64,000 bases of DNA from a virus: the IMG/VR virus record IMGVR_UViG_3300025674_000002. The stretch is one strand, 5' to 3'. Positions 23,867-32,837 of this stretch are shown here, in pieces (the first letter of the stretch is position 1; every line of letters begins with the position of its first letter). The notes under the pieces are model-generated. The model was not told where the DNA came from. It worked only from the letters and a program-made list of their open reading frames with translations, and ran no database searches. The translations under genes and the position numbers were made by a program.

Positions 23867-24061
23867 ATGCTCGTCACAGGAAAAGATGGCGTTGTCCGCG
23901 AAATGACGGTGAGCGCCGCGTCGATGGGGCACATTGCCACGACCATCGCCATCACGGACGAAGATGCGAAGACGTTGAGGCGCATCCTCGACCAGAGCGA
24001 GAAGGGCTTCGTGGCCTACATGGAACAGTTCCTCGCACGGTTCCCTTCGAACCGCCGGTAG
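23867..24061 (+). CDS. hypothetical protein (64 aa)
   Basis: AAGGAGATGAG ATG. Confidence 0.5.
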   Translation: MLVTGKDGVVREMTVSAASMGHIATTIAITDEDAKTLRRILDQSEKGFVAYMEQFLARFPSNRR

Positions 24062-24082
24062 GACCAACAAGGAGAAACGACT

Positions 24083-24529
24083 ATGAGTATATTCGGACCC
24101 CCGAGCCCGGGCTGGAGACGATACTGGCCCATGCCGTGGCTCGAGACCAAGAGCTTCTACGTCGCGGAGTACAACAAGATCAGCCGTTCGTATCAGCTCG
24201 TCGGCTCTGACTCCAATCACGCTCAAATGGAACGGACCATCCAGAGACTGGATGAATCTCTGTCGCAGGCTCGGCGCGATGTTCTCGATCATTATGCGGC
24301 CATCAGTCGCTACTCCGAGGACATCAAGAAGCATCGTGGCGAAGCTGACTTCTACAAGCAGCGAGCCAACGAATACCTCGAGGTGAACGACATCCTGAAC
24401 TCCGAGAACAAACGCCTCAATCAGGCGGTCGAGGAGCTGACCACAGAGAACCGCAGCCTGGTTCTCGGCATGGAGGAGCTGGTCCAGCAGCGCGAGGACT
24501 CGACGGTTACGCCGGACGACGAAGCATGA
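24083..24529 (+). CDS. hypothetical coiled-coil protein
   Basis: AAGGAGAAACGACT ATG; heptad-like C-terminal half. Confidence 0.6.
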   Translation: MSIFGPPSPGWRRYWPMPWLETKSFYVAEYNKISRSYQLVGSDSNHAQMERTIQRLDESLSQARRDVLDHYAAISRYSEDIKKHRGEADFYKQRANEYLEVNDILNSENKRLNQAVEELTTENRSLVLGMEELVQQREDSTVTPDDEA

Positions 24530-24657
24530 CCGAGAGGCTGAAGGTTGCTGTCATAGGAGCGTTCAGCGTCGGCGTGAACCTCCTAATCGGCGAGGTGCCG
24601 CTTGCCATCCTCATGGGGCTTGCCACGATCTTCGTCCTCTACGAAATGGGGAGATAA
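24526..24657 (+). CDS. 43-aa membrane peptide
   Basis: ATGA overlap; MTERLKVAVIGAFSVGVNLLIGEVPLAILMGLATIFVLYEMGR. Confidence 0.4.
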   Translation: MTERLKVAVIGAFSVGVNLLIGEVPLAILMGLATIFVLYEMGR

Positions 24658-24741
24658 CGTGGGCGAGTCCCTGTACGTCGTGCTGCTGATCATCGCACTC
24701 GTGGTGATCTGTTCCGTAATCGCTTTCACATAGAGGAAGCC

Positions 24742-25008
24742 ATGACTTCACCATCGAAAACGAAGAAGCAGTCGAAGCGAATTAGGCTCGACTGGTCACG
24801 CCGTTGGGATAACGGCAGCGGCTACACGGGTGTACGTCTGTGCCAAGACCGAGTTCGCGCTGGGAACGACAAGTGCTGGAAGGCGTACATCCGGCATGAC
24901 GGCAAGTACCAGCATCTCGGATACTATGCCACGCGTGGCCAAGCCATCGCAGTACGCAAGGGCGCGGAGGAACGTATCCGCAAGGAGTTGGAGAAACGAC
25001 ATGGATGA
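24742..25008 (+). CDS. AP2-domain DNA-binding protein
   Basis: YTGVRLCQ..KCWKAYIRHDGKYQHLGYYATRGQAIAVRKGAE follows the AP2 pattern (Y.GV....W.A.I...GK...LG.....EA). Confidence 0.55.
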   Translation: MTSPSKTKKQSKRIRLDWSRRWDNGSGYTGVRLCQDRVRAGNDKCWKAYIRHDGKYQHLGYYATRGQAIAVRKGAEERIRKELEKRHG

Positions 25009-25402
25009 TTTGAGCCGCGCCGAACTCGGGGAAGGTTCCTACAAGATCAAGACCTTCCCCGAGCAGGTCACGCAACGCCTCCTGAGCACGGCCTTCCGCC
25101 AGGGTCAGATCATGTCGTCGCGCGTCCTGATGGAGATAAGCGGCGCGATCATGAAGGCTCCGTCCCACCTGTTCGAGGACGTGACGTTGTCGGCGAAACT
25201 CAAGTCGATGATGATCTCCGTGACCCAGGACTTGGAGCGTCTCGAGGTGATCGCCGACACCTGGCCCGAGAACCACAACACCAACAACCGCGACGAGCTC
25301 CTGAAGGTGTTCGTCGAGACCAGCACTCGTCTCATCGAGTGGCACGATCGGTTCCACAAGGACAACAACCAATTCGTGCGGGACGGGTATCCGTATGGCT
25401 AG
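25001..25402 (+). CDS. hypothetical protein
   Basis: GAGAAACGAC ATG, 8-nt overlap with the upstream gene; track ORF opens at 24830. Confidence 0.5.
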   Translation: MDDLSRAELGEGSYKIKTFPEQVTQRLLSTAFRQGQIMSSRVLMEISGAIMKAPSHLFEDVTLSAKLKSMMISVTQDLERLEVIADTWPENHNTNNRDELLKVFVETSTRLIEWHDRFHKDNNQFVRDGYPYG

Positions 25403-26147
25403 ATTCCCACGTCCCGACCTGACCGGCATGGACTTGGAAAACATGGGTCGATACGGCAAACTCCATCGCGGCGGCAGTCCAGCCGTCGACATCGTAACAC
25501 ACGGCGTCGTCTTCCACCTCGACTACGAAGAGCTGGATCGCCACATCAAATCCCTTCTGGCAAACAAGGAACGTAACATGGCAAATGGTGCACAAGCTCG
25601 GCGCGCGGCTCTCATGGGAATTCCCCCGTCCAGTGCGGAGGTACACATCAGCGATACGGCGTGGACCCCGGGGCAGGATCACACCGACCGCGGACGCGTT
25701 CACGAGTACCACGGTCCCGACGATGTGATCGAACGCACGATGTCGAGGGCCATGGGTCGGGTGTCGCGGGCCGTCAATAACGCCCATGCCAACGTCAGGT
25801 CGGCGACCATGTCCGGGCGGAACGATCTGGCTGGCCTCCACCTGGAGTACGAGAAGCTCCTGGTCGACGTGCATGGGATGATGCACTCGTCGCTGATGGA
25901 ATATCGCCAGTATCTGGAAACTATCCTGAACGCGCCGAAGTCACCGGAAGAAATTTCACGTGATATGATGAACGTGTCAACTACCGAAGGAGGCGACATG
26001 GTCATCACGTACAAGCAGAACGGCAGCAACTACGATGTGAAGTGCGGGGAGAGGACGATTACCCTTTCTCCGCACGATCTCATCCGCCCCATTTCCCAGG
26101 TCACGGAGATGAACAAGCTCATCCCCGTGCAGATCATCGAGGGCTAA
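25395..26147 (+). CDS. hypothetical protein
   Basis: 250-aa ORF. Confidence 0.6.
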   Translation: MARFPRPDLTGMDLENMGRYGKLHRGGSPAVDIVTHGVVFHLDYEELDRHIKSLLANKERNMANGAQARRAALMGIPPSSAEVHISDTAWTPGQDHTDRGRVHEYHGPDDVIERTMSRAMGRVSRAVNNAHANVRSATMSGRNDLAGLHLEYEKLLVDVHGMMHSSLMEYRQYLETILNAPKSPEEISRDMMNVSTTEGGDMVITYKQNGSNYDVKCGERTITLSPHDLIRPISQVTEMNKLIPVQIIEG

Positions 26148-26148
26148 C

Positions 26149-26334
26149 ATGCTACGAGTAACACTCGTTGTGAGCTCGAAGAAGGGCTTCTACGGCACCA
26201 AGACCTTCGAGTGTCCGATGGTCAAGGACATCGGCGATCGCTTGGTGAAGGCGTTCGAAGAACTTCCGGACCGCGAAGATGGCGTGTCCATCATGGACTG
26301 GAAGGAGATGGACGTCAAAGTTCAGCGCATCTAG
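26149..26334 (+). CDS. hypothetical protein
   Basis: 61-aa ORF starting 1 nt after the upstream stop. Confidence 0.5.
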   Translation: MLRVTLVVSSKKGFYGTKTFECPMVKDIGDRLVKAFEELPDREDGVSIMDWKEMDVKVQRI

Positions 26335-26428
26335 CGCCGAAACGTGCAAGCGGGACACCCTATCTGGAGTGAGTCCGCCCGCTTGTGCGTCTACTTGATA
26401 GGCCACGTATGCAGGTACTGATGAGGTT
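26335..26428 (+). ncRNA. candidate divergent type II hammerhead ribozyme (HHR-7)
   Basis: GCC-GAAA-C-[13-bp helix III with 2 GU, 23-nt loop]-GUC-UACUUG(14-nt loop)CAGGUA-CUGAUGA-GGU; helix II is only about 3 bp; cleavage would follow C26391. Confidence 0.5.
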
Positions 26429-26448
26429 CCGTGGCGAGGATCAGAGAA

Positions 26449-26664
26449 ATGGCCAATGAGAACATCGACTATTCGGGCGCCGCGAAGATGGGTGCAGAGC
26501 TGTCGCGAGCAGTTGCTCGCGTTGCAAGACTCCGTCGCCGCGTCGTGGAATTCGAAAGGTACGAGGCTCCAGGCATCCTCATGACGATGATCAAGGAGGA
26601 GCTTACTCAGGCCGATAGCGACCTGATGCTGACGAAGGCATCCTTCGACGAACTCACGAAGTAG
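26449..26664 (+). CDS. hypothetical protein
   Basis: GAGGATCAGAGAA ATG; track ORF opens at GTG 26431 inside the ribozyme candidate. Confidence 0.5.
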   Translation: MANENIDYSGAAKMGAELSRAVARVARLRRRVVEFERYEAPGILMTMIKEELTQADSDLMLTKASFDELTK

Positions 26665-26673
26665 TGCTGAACG

Positions 26674-26970
26674 ATGAGTAATATCAAGTTCGGGGACCTC
26701 GAGAGAAGCAGGTACGCTCTGTGCCTGAAGGAGAACATTGACCATGTGTTGGAGCATGGTTGGGTTCGTGTGCGTATGTATCGACTTCGTGATGGGCGTG
26801 TGTTCTTCACTACGCCCATCACAAATCACCTTTCCCGAAAACCCTATCCCAAGTCCGAGTACCTGGGTCAGTTCATGATAAGGATGAAACCATGGCTGGT
26901 GAGTACACGCGGAAGCAAATCCGCGAAAACCGCGAAATGTGGATCGCGTTTCTCCGCACGCCTGGCCTGA
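26674..26970 (+). CDS. hypothetical protein
   Basis: 98-aa ORF; last 79 nt overlap the next gene, so the end is uncertain. Confidence 0.45.
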   Translation: MSNIKFGDLERSRYALCLKENIDHVLEHGWVRVRMYRLRDGRVFFTTPITNHLSRKPYPKSEYLGQFMIRMKPWLVSTRGSKSAKTAKCGSRFSARLA

Positions 26971-27395
26971 AGAAGCAGGTCGGCGTCCTCGAAGTCGGTG
27001 AAGCACGGTGCTGCTTGGGTCATGGTTGCGTGGCCTTGGGCGTTCCGGAGACCGGCAAGAGGGCGGCGAGTGTAAAGCCCTACGTCAACTCCTCCGCGAA
27101 GGTTCGCGTCGTCGCCACCAAGTACGGGAACATTTCCCCGGAGTACACGTACGCTCCGAAGGAGCTGATGCAGGCCGTCGGCCTGCACTTCAACACCGGT
27201 GCTCTGGCTGGCGGCGGCAATTTCCAGTTCGCGGGAAGGTGCTTTACTTCTCTGTCCGAGCTGAACGACAAGTCCGATGCGACTCCGGCTCAGATCGCCG
27301 ACATTCTCGAAGCGCATATCGAGGGTGGCTTGCGGTCGTTCTTCGTTCCGCTGAGCCACTACCCGGAGGAGATCGCGGACGATGCGACACATTAA
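26892..27395 (+). CDS. hypothetical protein, distant CALGH-motif relative
   Basis: EARCCLGHGCVALG..SELNDKSDATPAQIADILE resembles the Cys-x-LGH and ND..tp blocks of 21344/22098. Confidence 0.55.
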   Translation: MAGEYTRKQIRENREMWIAFLRTPGLKKQVGVLEVGEARCCLGHGCVALGVPETGKRAASVKPYVNSSAKVRVVATKYGNISPEYTYAPKELMQAVGLHFNTGALAGGGNFQFAGRCFTSLSELNDKSDATPAQIADILEAHIEGGLRSFFVPLSHYPEEIADDATH

Positions 27396-27753
27396 GTACG
27401 AGGACCTTGAGTTCGAGGCAGGCAGCCTGTGCAAGGTCCATGGCATGCGCTACAACTACATGGACGGCAACCAGCTCATTCACCTCGTCGGGTGTTTGGG
27501 TCGGTTGCTATTCCGGCGCCGGCTCGCTGCCCCCTTGGAGTGGACCTCGGATAGTCCGCACAACTGGGAGGCTCCCACGCCTTGGGGTGAGTACAGGATG
27601 AGGTATATTCCGGACACGCATACGAGTGTCCAGGAGTGGTACTACCTGTATTGGATGGGCGCGACCTTCATCGACAGGTACCTATCCCAGTCCGAGGCTC
27701 GAGCCGCCGCGCAGAAGCATTACCAGGAGCGTATCGACGCTGCATGCGAGTAA
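27382..27753 (+). CDS. hypothetical protein
   Basis: 123-aa ORF. Confidence 0.55.
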   Translation: MRHIKYEDLEFEAGSLCKVHGMRYNYMDGNQLIHLVGCLGRLLFRRRLAAPLEWTSDSPHNWEAPTPWGEYRMRYIPDTHTSVQEWYYLYWMGATFIDRYLSQSEARAAAQKHYQERIDAACE

Positions 27754-28001
27754 GATGGGATCAGGCTTCGGCCAATCGGTATTGGGACTGGTGGGCCATG
27801 GAGATGCTCAAGACCGGTGTTAGCTACGAGTATATCGCGTGGCGGCTGAATGAGTATTTCCCTGATAAGCGTGACCGGTTCTATGTGTTGGACATTGTGA
27901 GGTTCGCCGGGCGTGCAGCCAAGAGCGAAGCGTACTGCCCTACTCGTAAGCCGGCCGACGTAGTAAACTTGCCTGATCGACCGAGATTACCTCCAAAATG
28001 A
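27744..28001 (+). CDS. hypothetical small protein (HTH-like)
   Basis: ATG 27744 overlapping the upstream end; MRVRWDQASANRYWDWWAMEMLKTGVSYEYIAWRLNEYF. Confidence 0.45.
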   Translation: MRVRWDQASANRYWDWWAMEMLKTGVSYEYIAWRLNEYFPDKRDRFYVLDIVRFAGRAAKSEAYCPTRKPADVVNLPDRPRLPPK

Positions 28002-28015
28002 ATTCGTGATATTGT
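27981..28015 (+). promoter_or_regulatory. class I promoter
   Basis: CCGAGATTACCT-N14-TGATATTGT. Confidence 0.5.
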
Positions 28016-28054
28016 AGTCACGTAGAATGATCTACGAACCAAGGAGAAACGACT

Positions 28055-28525
28055 ATGCGTGCACACTACGATGTCTGCCTGTCCGAGTCCCAGGGACTGT
28101 ACATCGCGGGTCTCATCCTCGAACACTCGGAGAACCGAAAGGAAATCCCCGTGACCGAGGACCTGGGTCCAAACGCCGAGGTCTACTGGCTGCTCGCCTC
28201 CAAGTACGTGTGGGAAGAGATGAAGGCCAACACCATCATCACGCCGCTTGGCGCGATCGTCGCCATTTCCGAGAACGCTCGGTTCTTCCTCTCGATCCTG
28301 TCGAAGCATTACCACTACGAGGTGATCCAGCGCATCGAGATGGTCGGCCAGTCGACGAAGGGCATGGGTTCGATCCCGCACTTCCTGGACACGATGCCTT
28401 CCATGGCGAACTTCGCTGAAGACCTTCATCTGAAGGGCAACATTCCTAGCGAGAGCGGCTTCTTCCTGATCGACCTGTCCCGCATGGACTTCGACATGGA
28501 CCATCTCAACTATCGGCCGAACTGA
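28055..28525 (+). CDS. hypothetical protein
   Basis: ACCAAGGAGAAACGACT ATG. Confidence 0.6.
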   Translation: MRAHYDVCLSESQGLYIAGLILEHSENRKEIPVTEDLGPNAEVYWLLASKYVWEEMKANTIITPLGAIVAISENARFFLSILSKHYHYEVIQRIEMVGQSTKGMGSIPHFLDTMPSMANFAEDLHLKGNIPSESGFFLIDLSRMDFDMDHLNYRPN

Positions 28526-28692
28526 TGGCCGAGATCGATGAGGACGACGAAGGTCGTCCGTATATCGAGAGCGATCGGAAGTATCTGCTCGATCTCGCTA
28601 ACCGCCTGATGTACGTACCCGTCATGCACGGTGTAGACTCAGGTGACATCGACCGCCTTGGTCAAATCGCGAAGCGGTTTAAGGACGAATAA
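28525..28692 (+). CDS. hypothetical protein (55 aa)
   Basis: TGATG overlap; MAEIDEDDEGRPYIESDRKYLLDLANRL.. Confidence 0.45.
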   Translation: MAEIDEDDEGRPYIESDRKYLLDLANRLMYVPVMHGVDSGDIDRLGQIAKRFKDE

Positions 28693-28711
28693 GGCATTCG
28701 TATGGTTGTCC

Positions 28712-28740
28712 CAGTGTATTATCCTAAGGATAGTACACTG
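28712..28740. promoter_or_regulatory. 29-bp near-perfect palindrome overlapping a -10-like box (operator candidate)
   Basis: CAGTGTATTATCCT A AGGATAGTACACTG; 13 of 14 arm positions pair; TGTATTAT resembles the extended -10. Confidence 0.4.
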
Positions 28741-28779
28741 TGATGACCGGATAATTTTTGGAACCCAGGAGAACGGACA

Positions 28780-29274
28780 ATGAAGTCTCCACTGACTACT
28801 CTCGAGGAGCTGTACAATGCTCTTGAGGGCCATGATTGGTCGCACATGATGAGCGACGATCAAAGTGTCTATGATCGTGGTGCGGACGAGGCCAGGCGCA
28901 TCAACCTCGCGGCGCGTAACATCGACGGTGGCAAGAAGCTCGTCGAGGATTTCACTAAGCATTGGTGGTCAGATGCTCCCAAGCCGGTCCTCCTCAAGCC
29001 GGCTGTGAAGAAGACGTTCATGACCATGATGGTCAGTGTCGAGAACATGGAGGCTGCAGCTACCTGGTCCGGCGGATCGGTCAAGGGAATGTCTCTTGAT
29101 CCCGAGGATCGCGTCGTCCAGCTCCACGGAGGCGGAGACTGGATGGAAACCGAGGCGAAGGTCGGCGACTTCATCGTTCAACTGTCTGCCAGTCCGGCGA
29201 GGTACATGGCCTTCACCAAGGAGGACTACATCGCCATCTTCTGCACGGACATTTATGCTACGGAGACTCCCTGA
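28780..29274 (+). CDS. hypothetical protein
   Basis: CAGGAGAACGGACA ATG. Confidence 0.6.
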   Translation: MKSPLTTLEELYNALEGHDWSHMMSDDQSVYDRGADEARRINLAARNIDGGKKLVEDFTKHWWSDAPKPVLLKPAVKKTFMTMMVSVENMEAAATWSGGSVKGMSLDPEDRVVQLHGGGDWMETEAKVGDFIVQLSASPARYMAFTKEDYIAIFCTDIYATETP

Positions 29275-29495
29275 TGGGCACGCCGAAAGACAGACTGAGC
29301 AAGAACGTACGGAGCACGACCGTCACGACGTATTCTCTGACCTTGGAGGATATCCATGACGCGATCGTGAGCCATTACGGTCTTCCGCAGAACACTTCGA
29401 TCCAGTACGAGGCCCGGTCTGACGGCTTAAGCCGGCACGCTGTGGTCAGCGGTGCTGTAGCTACGACCACGGAGGTCTATGAAGATCATGACTGA
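29274..29495 (+). CDS. hypothetical protein
   Basis: 73-aa ORF, TGATG overlap. Confidence 0.5.
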   Translation: MGTPKDRLSKNVRSTTVTTYSLTLEDIHDAIVSHYGLPQNTSIQYEARSDGLSRHAVVSGAVATTTEVYEDHD

Positions 29496-30081
29496 GATGA
29501 GCCCGAACTTCAACGATATCTTCAACAGCATCTTCAGCTGGCCGCACATCCTGATGCGGCCGAAGGTGTTCAAGGAAGACGGCCGGTGGGTCGCCGTCTA
29601 TGGCGACGTGCATGGATACGGTTCGTCGCCGCACCTCGCCTGCCAGAACTTCGATCACAACTGGCTGCTCCAGGACACGAAGTCCGATGGCGACAACGGG
29701 ATCTATATCGGGTTACGTCGCCGCGATGAAAAGTCGATGGAGGCTGAAGCCGCTGCCGATCCCGCGCCCCGTGATCCCAATCGCATTCGCCTGCTGATCT
29801 CGATCATCATCGCGAATACACCGTCGCCTGGTCTCGCCGTTCTCCAACGGCGTATCCAGTACCGTCTGTCCTACGCCGGCGTCACGCTCAGTCTCGTATC
29901 GGACGGTATACGGTGGCAAGACCACCGGGGTGGGAACTTGCTGGACCTGTCTCTGCCCGGGGACATGGACCAGATGGCGAGGGAACTCGAGAAGAACCTC
30001 GGCATTCAATGCGAATTCGACATCGCCAATCCCGGCGAGGTCCAACACCGCCTCAAGACGAGGTATCTGCTGAAGGAATGA
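29479..30081 (+). CDS. hypothetical protein
   Basis: 200-aa ORF; start could also be 29488. Confidence 0.55.
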   Translation: MKIMTEMSPNFNDIFNSIFSWPHILMRPKVFKEDGRWVAVYGDVHGYGSSPHLACQNFDHNWLLQDTKSDGDNGIYIGLRRRDEKSMEAEAAADPAPRDPNRIRLLISIIIANTPSPGLAVLQRRIQYRLSYAGVTLSLVSDGIRWQDHRGGNLLDLSLPGDMDQMARELEKNLGIQCEFDIANPGEVQHRLKTRYLLKE

Positions 30082-30084
30082 GGC

Positions 30085-30273
30085 ATGCGCATACGCATCG
30101 GAGACATGTGGTTCCGTCCTAAGAAGGGCTACCCCATCGCCGTCGAACTCGATGAGCGCGACAAGGAGTTGATCCGTGACATGGGTGACGCTACTCGCTA
30201 CGCCCTGTTCGCGGAAGACGAGACCATGTCCACCGAAGAACGGATGGCATGGATGGCCAAGAAGGAGGAATAG
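30085..30273 (+). CDS. hypothetical protein
   Basis: 62-aa ORF. Confidence 0.5.
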   Translation: MRIRIGDMWFRPKKGYPIAVELDERDKELIRDMGDATRYALFAEDETMSTEERMAWMAKKEE

Positions 30274-30459
30274 GTGGTAAACGTTTACGTCAACGGGTGT
30301 GCTTACGAGTTCCCCCGGGAAAAGATCGATCGGCTCGAGGACCAGGGCGCGATCGTGAAGGCTGACATGGTCGGCTCCGAGGAAGAAGCATACATGCTCA
30401 ATCGTGGGCACCACTTCACCGTGGAGCAGGTCATGCTTCTCATGGGAGAAGACGTATGA
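30274..30459 (+). CDS. hypothetical protein (GTG start)
   Basis: 61-aa ORF directly after the upstream stop. Confidence 0.45.
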   Translation: MVNVYVNGCAYEFPREKIDRLEDQGAIVKADMVGSEEEAYMLNRGHHFTVEQVMLLMGEDV

Positions 30460-30626
30460 ACGCGTGGATTCTCGTCATCATGATGTTTACGTCGGACATG
30501 GCGGAGATGCACACGGTCAGTAGCTATGCTACCAAGGAGCGTTGCGAGGAAGTCGCGGAGGCCTTCAGGTCTAAACGGCACAACGCTCCGGGCTGGCGCG
30601 AAGCTATCTGCTTCCCCAAACGATAA
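30456..30626 (+). CDS. hypothetical protein (56 aa), hydrophobic N-terminus
   Basis: ATGA overlap; MNAWILVIMMFTSDMAEMH.. Confidence 0.45.
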   Translation: MNAWILVIMMFTSDMAEMHTVSSYATKERCEEVAEAFRSKRHNAPGWREAICFPKR

Positions 30627-30631
30627 ACTAG

Positions 30632-30664
30632 CCGCTCGTACCGAGATGTACGGGCGGTTTTTTT
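30632..30664 (+). terminator. intrinsic terminator
   Basis: CCGCTCGTAC-CGAGAT-GTACGGGCGG followed by seven T. Confidence 0.7.
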
Positions 30665-30675
30665 CGTGATACAAT
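30641..30675 (+). promoter_or_regulatory. class I promoter embedded in the terminator
   Basis: CCGAGATGTACG-N14-TGATACAAT. Confidence 0.5.
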
Positions 30676-30703
30676 CGAACCGTCAGTAGAAATGGAGAGA
30701 ACC

Positions 30704-30853
30704 ATGAACCACGAGGATGAGTTCGAGAAAATGATGCGGGAAACCGAAGCCCTTCCGACACTCAAAACCAATATTCTTGGATGGGCAATCGTAATCGCAT
30801 CAGCCGCAATCGTGGTCTGCGCTATCGGATTCTTTGTCCACTTCGCTTTTTAA
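30704..30853 (+). CDS. 49-aa membrane protein
   Basis: GGAGAGAACC ATG; C-terminal ILGWAIVIASAAIVVCAIGFFVHFAF. Confidence 0.5.
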   Translation: MNHEDEFEKMMRETEALPTLKTNILGWAIVIASAAIVVCAIGFFVHFAF

Positions 30854-30864
30854 CGGGGGTTTCT

Positions 30865-31182
30865 ATGCGCCGACTTTTACTCGTGGCGAGCTTAATGCTT
30901 GGCTTTGCTAGCGAAGCCGACAGTCATAGCTGGTACAGTGCTAAGTGCTGCTCTGGAAAAGACTGCGCCAAGATCGATGTCAAGCACGTCAAGATCACGC
31001 CGGGGCAGTATACTGTCACACTTATGCCTGGCGACCACCCGATGGTGGACCAACCTATGCAATTTACCTTCTCGACTAGCGACCAACGCGTCAAGCCGAG
31101 CGAGGACTGGGGATACCACATCTGCATCTCCCAGTACACGAAGCGGTTGCTGTGCTTCTACAAGCCGGACGCAGGAGTATAA
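30865..31182 (+). CDS. secreted Cys-containing protein
   Basis: signal-peptide-like MRRLLLVASLMLGFASEA then DSHSWYSAKCCSGKDCAKID. Confidence 0.55.
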   Translation: MRRLLLVASLMLGFASEADSHSWYSAKCCSGKDCAKIDVKHVKITPGQYTVTLMPGDHPMVDQPMQFTFSTSDQRVKPSEDWGYHICISQYTKRLLCFYKPDAGV

Positions 31183-31183
31183 C

Positions 31184-31399
31184 ATGGACGGATTTACAGG
31201 AGTCGCCGCAGCCTTACTGTTCATTCTTTCGCTGGTATTCGCTTGGATATCAGCAGAGCTTTGGGCCATCGGTCTGCTCCAATGGCGCAAATACAACAAA
31301 CGGGTGGCCCTGTCGGTTTTCGTTCTGTCAATCATGGTGGCGATTGCAACGATAGCCATCGGCTCGGTCGGTCTCGTCGGCCTCGAAAAGTCGCTATGA
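31184..31399 (+). CDS. two-TMD membrane protein (71 aa)
   Basis: GVAAALLFILSLVFAWISAELWAIGLL and VALSVFVLSIMVAIATIAIGSVGLVGL. Confidence 0.5.
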   Translation: MDGFTGVAAALLFILSLVFAWISAELWAIGLLQWRKYNKRVALSVFVLSIMVAIATIAIGSVGLVGLEKSL

Positions 31400-31722
31400 C
31401 CAAGAGCCTCACCGTCGCCCAGAACCGTCTCCTCGAGTGGTTTTATCGCCGCGGAGGAGACGGTATCTATGACAAGAAACGCCGCATCATAGCTCGCGGT
31501 GAACGTGGGTCGTTCGAACCAACCACCATTTCCGGTCTGAAAGTGCAGGGCTATGCGGAAGATTACGATGGCAGCTCGCACGTTCGGCTCACTGCTCGCG
31601 GAAGTAAACTGGGAGAAAATCTTGCCCGCACCAACGACCTCTATCGAGACGACAATGACCTTGACCGGCACCGAGCTCGCCTTGATAAAGATCGCTTTGA
31701 CGTCTCTGAGTCAGAAGACTGA
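31396..31722 (+). CDS. hypothetical protein
   Basis: ATGA overlap; 108 aa. Confidence 0.5.
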   Translation: MTKSLTVAQNRLLEWFYRRGGDGIYDKKRRIIARGERGSFEPTTISGLKVQGYAEDYDGSSHVRLTARGSKLGENLARTNDLYRDDNDLDRHRARLDKDRFDVSESED

Positions 31723-32092
31723 AGCGACAACGGTACTCGGGCGCAATACGCGCGCCCTCCTCAAACGTGTTGAAGCACTGGAGACACCCATGTACGGTGA
31801 CGAGGGCAAGGGTTCTGGTCGTACCACGAGCCAGATGAAGGCACTCCCCATGGGCGGCGTATATGTAGTAGCCCACCGCGAGGAGAAGGACTACTGCAAA
31901 CGTCTGCAGAAACATATTGGGCGGGAGGACATCATGGTTCTCCTTCCCAACGAAGTCTGGGATTATGGTCAAGGTCGCTTCATCTCGGGCTACGACGTCG
32001 ATCATGACGTGTACGATCGTCATATGAACGCTGAACAGCGGCATCGACTCGAAGCTTCCCTTCGGTTCCTCAACTCAAGAAAGACACCGTAA
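31655..32092 (+). CDS. hypothetical protein
   Basis: GAGACGACA ATG resembles the common leader; track ORF opens at 31553; contains GKGSGRTT. Confidence 0.45.
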   Translation: MTLTGTELALIKIALTSLSQKTEATTVLGRNTRALLKRVEALETPMYGDEGKGSGRTTSQMKALPMGGVYVVAHREEKDYCKRLQKHIGREDIMVLLPNEVWDYGQGRFISGYDVDHDVYDRHMNAEQRHRLEASLRFLNSRKTP

Positions 32093-32517
32093 TGCTCGTC
32101 AAGGTTATTGAAGGCTGCACCCGGATCGTTGGCAAATCCCAGGGATACCTGGGTCTTCCTCTCCGTGACGTGCTCATCAACTGCTCGGTCAACGGTCCGA
32201 ACACGCCGGCCATGGAGATCGCGTTCGAGCCCACTCCCAAGGAGATCGAGGGTCTCAAGGAAGGCAAGAGCCTCGTGCTCCGTATCCTGGGCAGGACGCC
32301 TCCGCCGATTGCGATGTGGGTCGACAGCAGCAAGAGCCCGAGCAAGGGTGCGGAACCCATGACCATGTCTGATCGTATCGAGATGATCGGCGATCTGCAG
32401 GACCTCGAACGCATCAGCGCCCTGTTCAAAGAAGCCACAGGTGCACCCGACCAGGTCACGTCCGTTCTCGACAAGACCATTTCGAACATGAGGAGACTGC
32501 TCAATGGAACAGCATGA
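32092..32517 (+). CDS. hypothetical protein
   Basis: 141-aa ORF, TAATG overlap. Confidence 0.55.
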   Translation: MLVKVIEGCTRIVGKSQGYLGLPLRDVLINCSVNGPNTPAMEIAFEPTPKEIEGLKEGKSLVLRILGRTPPPIAMWVDSSKSPSKGAEPMTMSDRIEMIGDLQDLERISALFKEATGAPDQVTSVLDKTISNMRRLLNGTA

Positions 32518-32815
32518 GCTCAGACACCGGACTCGCCAGCACAGGAAGTCGGTGATCTCGTTGCTGGCCGCGATCCACGAAGCGAAGCGCGGTCACAAGA
32601 TGACCATCATGTGCATCTCGAACGAGTCGCGCCAGCGCTTGTTCGAGCAATTCCGGCAACTCGCAAAGGAGCACGACTTCGAGTACCGGATCAAATGCAA
32701 CGAGTTCCATGCGGTCGAAGGCGAGGGCGTGGTTTACTTCGTCATTCCCAAGGACGTCGACAACCGCACCGAAATGCATACCCGGGGACTGCCAGATGCC
32801 GCGCCCAGTTCTTAA
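32504..32815 (+). CDS. hypothetical protein, tandem paralog 1
   Basis: MTIMCISNESRQRLFEQFRQLAKEHDFEYRIKCNEFHAVEGEGVVYFVIP parallels the next gene. Confidence 0.55.
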   Translation: MEQHELRHRTRQHRKSVISLLAAIHEAKRGHKMTIMCISNESRQRLFEQFRQLAKEHDFEYRIKCNEFHAVEGEGVVYFVIPKDVDNRTEMHTRGLPDAAPSS

Positions 32816-32837
32816 AGAAGGTAAGCAGACAAACACC

